Below are positions 61,773 to 64,000 of a stretch of DNA of 64,000 nucleotides, piece by piece. The stretch is taken from contig CAXWPL010000005.1 of NCBI GenBank assembly GCA_963666215.2, positions 1,536,001 through 1,600,000 on the forward strand, read 5' to 3'. A program made the translations under genes and the position numbers. Each line of letters begins with the position of its first letter. The stretch's first letter is position 1. The notes beneath the pieces are model-generated. The model saw only the letters and a program-made list of their open reading frames with translations. It searched no databases and was not told the DNA's origin. The DNA comes from Acidobacteriota bacterium. Its GTDB lineage: Bacteria; Acidobacteriota; UBA890; WLXD01.

Positions 61773-62254
61773 AATTGACGAACTCGCCGAATCTCGACGT
61801 CCTCCTCGACCCCGCTCACGTCTTCCCTGACCTTCACGGCGAGGACAAGAGCGGCATCCTGCTCAGCCTGTCCTGTGAGCTCGAGAAGCTTGGCGCCGTT
61901 CCGAGCTCAGAAGAGCTCTATCGCAAGCTGCTCGAGCGTGAAGAGCTCGGCTCTACCGCGGTCGGCCAAGGCGTCGCCATACCTCACTGTAAGCTCTCCG
62001 AGCTCGACAAAGTCGTGATGGCGGTGGGCTTGGTCCCGGAGGGTGTGGCGCTGGAGACCCCAGACAGCGAGCCGGTGCGCGTCTTCTTTCTCCTCGCGTC
62101 TCCTGAAGCCTCGCCCAGCGCACATCTGCAGGGCCTGGCGACCATCTCGAAATGGCTCAAGAACGGCGACAACGTGGACCGGATCCAGAGGGCAACCTCC
62201 AAGGAGGACTTGTTCGCCTGTCTATCCGAGGACGCCGGAGAGGGCGGTGAGTGA
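61769..62254 (+). CDS. ptsN: PTS EIIA (Ntr/fructose type)
   Basis: LLEREELGSTAVG.GVAIPH, HL..LA.IS. Confidence 0.9.
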   Translation: MKLTNSPNLDVLLDPAHVFPDLHGEDKSGILLSLSCELEKLGAVPSSEELYRKLLEREELGSTAVGQGVAIPHCKLSELDKVVMAVGLVPEGVALETPDSEPVRVFFLLASPEASPSAHLQGLATISKWLKNGDNVDRIQRATSKEDLFACLSEDAGEGGE

Positions 62255-63215
62255 GACCACCGACTCGGTGACCGTCGCCGAGGTCCTAGGAGAGGAGCTC
62301 CAAGGGCTGCAGCTCGAAATTCTGTGCGGGCGCGGGCATCTAGAGAACAGGATCACCAACCCTAGAGTGCAGAAGCCCGGACTGGCTTTCGCCGGTCACT
62401 ACCCCTACATCAAGCCGGGTCGGGTGCAGATTATCGGTGAGAGCGAGCTCGCCTATCTTCACACTCTGGATCCGGCGGAGCGTTTCGAGCGCTTTCGAGC
62501 GATCACCGCTCTTCCGGTGCCGCTTTTCATTGTCACCAAGGGGCTCGATGCTCCCCCGGAGTTTCTCGACCTGTGCCGCGAGAGAGAAGTGCCGGTCTTC
62601 AGGTCACCAAGACTCTCATCGGTGGTGATCAAGCGGGTTGGCTACTTCCTCGAGGAGCATCTCGTCCCGTCGACAACGGTTCACGGTGTGCTGATGGACG
62701 TCTTCGGCTTGGGAGTCCTTCTCATTGGGCGTAGCGGAGTCGGCAAGAGCGAGTCGGCGCTCGATCTCATCACGCGCGGTCATAGTCTGATCGGCGACGA
62801 CCGGGTTCGTATTCGCCGCTACCCCAACGACGAGCTGATGGGAGACTGCGCGGAGCCGCTGCGGCATCATATGGAGCTGCGCGGAATCGGCATCATCAAC
62901 GTCAAAGACCTTTTCGGGCTGGCGGCGGTGCGCTCCCGTAAGGCGATCGATCTGGTAGTCGAGCTGGAGCGCTGGGAGCCCGGCAGAGCCTACGACCGCC
63001 TCGGCCTCGAAGAGAGTGTCTACCGGATCCTCGATTCGCCTTGCCCCTATCTTCGAATGCCGGTGGCGCCGGGTCGCAACGTCGCCATTCTGGTCGAGAT
63101 CGCGGCTCGCAATCACGTGCTGAAACTTCAGGGACACTTCTCGGCGCACGAGTTCGCGCGCTCTCTGGAGGAGGAGCTCGAGCGAAAGCGCTCGGTCAAG
63201 CGCAAGCCGGCATGA
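62247..63215 (+). CDS. hprK: HPr kinase/phosphorylase
   Basis: PGLAFAG, RVQIIG.SE, HGVLMDVFG.GVL..GRSGVGKSE, MELRGIGII, PV.PGRN. Confidence 0.95.
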   Translation: MSETTDSVTVAEVLGEELQGLQLEILCGRGHLENRITNPRVQKPGLAFAGHYPYIKPGRVQIIGESELAYLHTLDPAERFERFRAITALPVPLFIVTKGLDAPPEFLDLCREREVPVFRSPRLSSVVIKRVGYFLEEHLVPSTTVHGVLMDVFGLGVLLIGRSGVGKSESALDLITRGHSLIGDDRVRIRRYPNDELMGDCAEPLRHHMELRGIGIINVKDLFGLAAVRSRKAIDLVVELERWEPGRAYDRLGLEESVYRILDSPCPYLRMPVAPGRNVAILVEIAARNHVLKLQGHFSAHEFARSLEEELERKRSVKRKPA

Positions 63216-64000
63216 GGGTCGAAGTCGCACTGATCACAGGGCTCTCGGGCTCCGGCAAGAGCTCGGTGGCCAAGTGTTTCGAGGACCTTGGCTATTTTTG
63301 CGTCGACAACTTGCCCTTGAGCCTCCTCGGACCCCTTCTGCGCTCACCCCGAGAGCACGTCGGTGATCGCGATCGACTCGCAGTGGTAGCCGACGTCAGG
63401 GCACCGGGCTTCATCGACGAGATTCCGCGGCTTCTCGATCTCCGTGACGCGCAGGAATCCCACCTGACTCTGCTCTTTCTCGAAGCTTCCGACGAGACCC
63501 TCGTCCGCAGGTTCTCCGAGACGAGAAGGCGCCATCCTTTGACGCGAAGTCACTCCGGCAGTCTCATTGACGCGATCGTCGAGGAGCGCCGAGTCCTGGC
63601 CGATCTAAGGGGCGTGGCCGACATGATCTTCGATACCAGCGAATGGTCCGTCCACGAGATCCGACGCCAAGTCTGGGAGCGGTTCGCCGATCCGGAGGTG
63701 GCGAGTCCGCAGTTGGTGGTCTCGCTCGTGAGCTTCGGGTTCAAACACGGAATACCCTACGGCAGCGACCTCCTCTTCGACGTCCGCTTCCTCTCCAACC
63801 CCTACTTCGTCGCCGAGCTTCGCGAGCTCAGCGGCAGGGATCTGCCGGTGCAACGTTTTCTTATGGAAGAGGGGGACTTCAGCGAGCTGGTGGAACGTAT
63901 GCTCGATTTTCTGAGTTTTCTCCTACCGAGATATGCGGAGGAGAAACGCAGCTATCTCTCGGTGGCGGTAGGCTGCACGGGTGGGCAGCACCGTTCCGTT
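63212..64000 (+). CDS. rapZ: RNase adapter RapZ (partial, runs off the window)
   Basis: ITGLSGSGKS, EDLGYFCVDNLP, RRFSETRRRHP, SFGFKHG, FDVRFLSNP, GCTGGQHRSV. Confidence 0.95.
   Translation, partial: MRVEVALITGLSGSGKSSVAKCFEDLGYFCVDNLPLSLLGPLLRSPREHVGDRDRLAVVADVRAPGFIDEIPRLLDLRDAQESHLTLLFLEASDETLVRRFSETRRRHPLTRSHSGSLIDAIVEERRVLADLRGVADMIFDTSEWSVHEIRRQVWERFADPEVASPQLVVSLVSFGFKHGIPYGSDLLFDVRFLSNPYFVAELRELSGRDLPVQRFLMEEGDFSELVERMLDFLSFLLPRYAEEKRSYLSVAVGCTGGQHRSV

Noticed and set aside
1-64000. tRNA, rRNA, integron attC arrays, prophage genes
   Set aside because: None recognised by eye; tRNAscan/Infernal/IntegronFinder would be needed to exclude them formally.

Overview
GC-rich bacterial window. 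Gene content (fused LptC/LptA, lptB-rpoN-ptsN-hprK-rapZ, many sulfatase-like lipoproteins) suggests an Acidobacteriota-like genome; this is inference. About 1-48 kb is accessory and decaying. It holds a shattered surface-glycan locus (GT2, sulfatase-like, CmcI- and TylF-type methyltransferases, SGNH hydrolase, nucleotide-sugar dehydrogenase and wecB remnants) broken by IS5 x2, IS6 x2, ISKra4, an integrase-core element and an IS21 end. It also holds TA-like modules, an Fe3+-type ABC transporter and many truncated genes. About 48.5-64 kb is housekeeping (DEAD helicase, carD, priA, accA, recJ, lpt, rpoN operon). Highlights: (1) an IS1111-type IS110 element whose downstream non-coding region carries readable target and donor guide segments matching the CTAG-bounded mosaic repeat it has inserted into, i.e. 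a bridge/seekRNA aimed at a host repeat family; (2) a hidden GrdB/PrdB-like selenoprotein (in-frame TGA, UxxC, SECIS-like hairpin 11 nt downstream) split into two ORFs by the track; (3) a sigma54-promoter-driven desaturase/GH3/enolase-superfamily operon next to an enhancer-binding protein; (4) two unrelated sulfatases each broken by one in-frame TAG at the same PFF motif. All calls come from reading the sequence by eye; no database searches were run.
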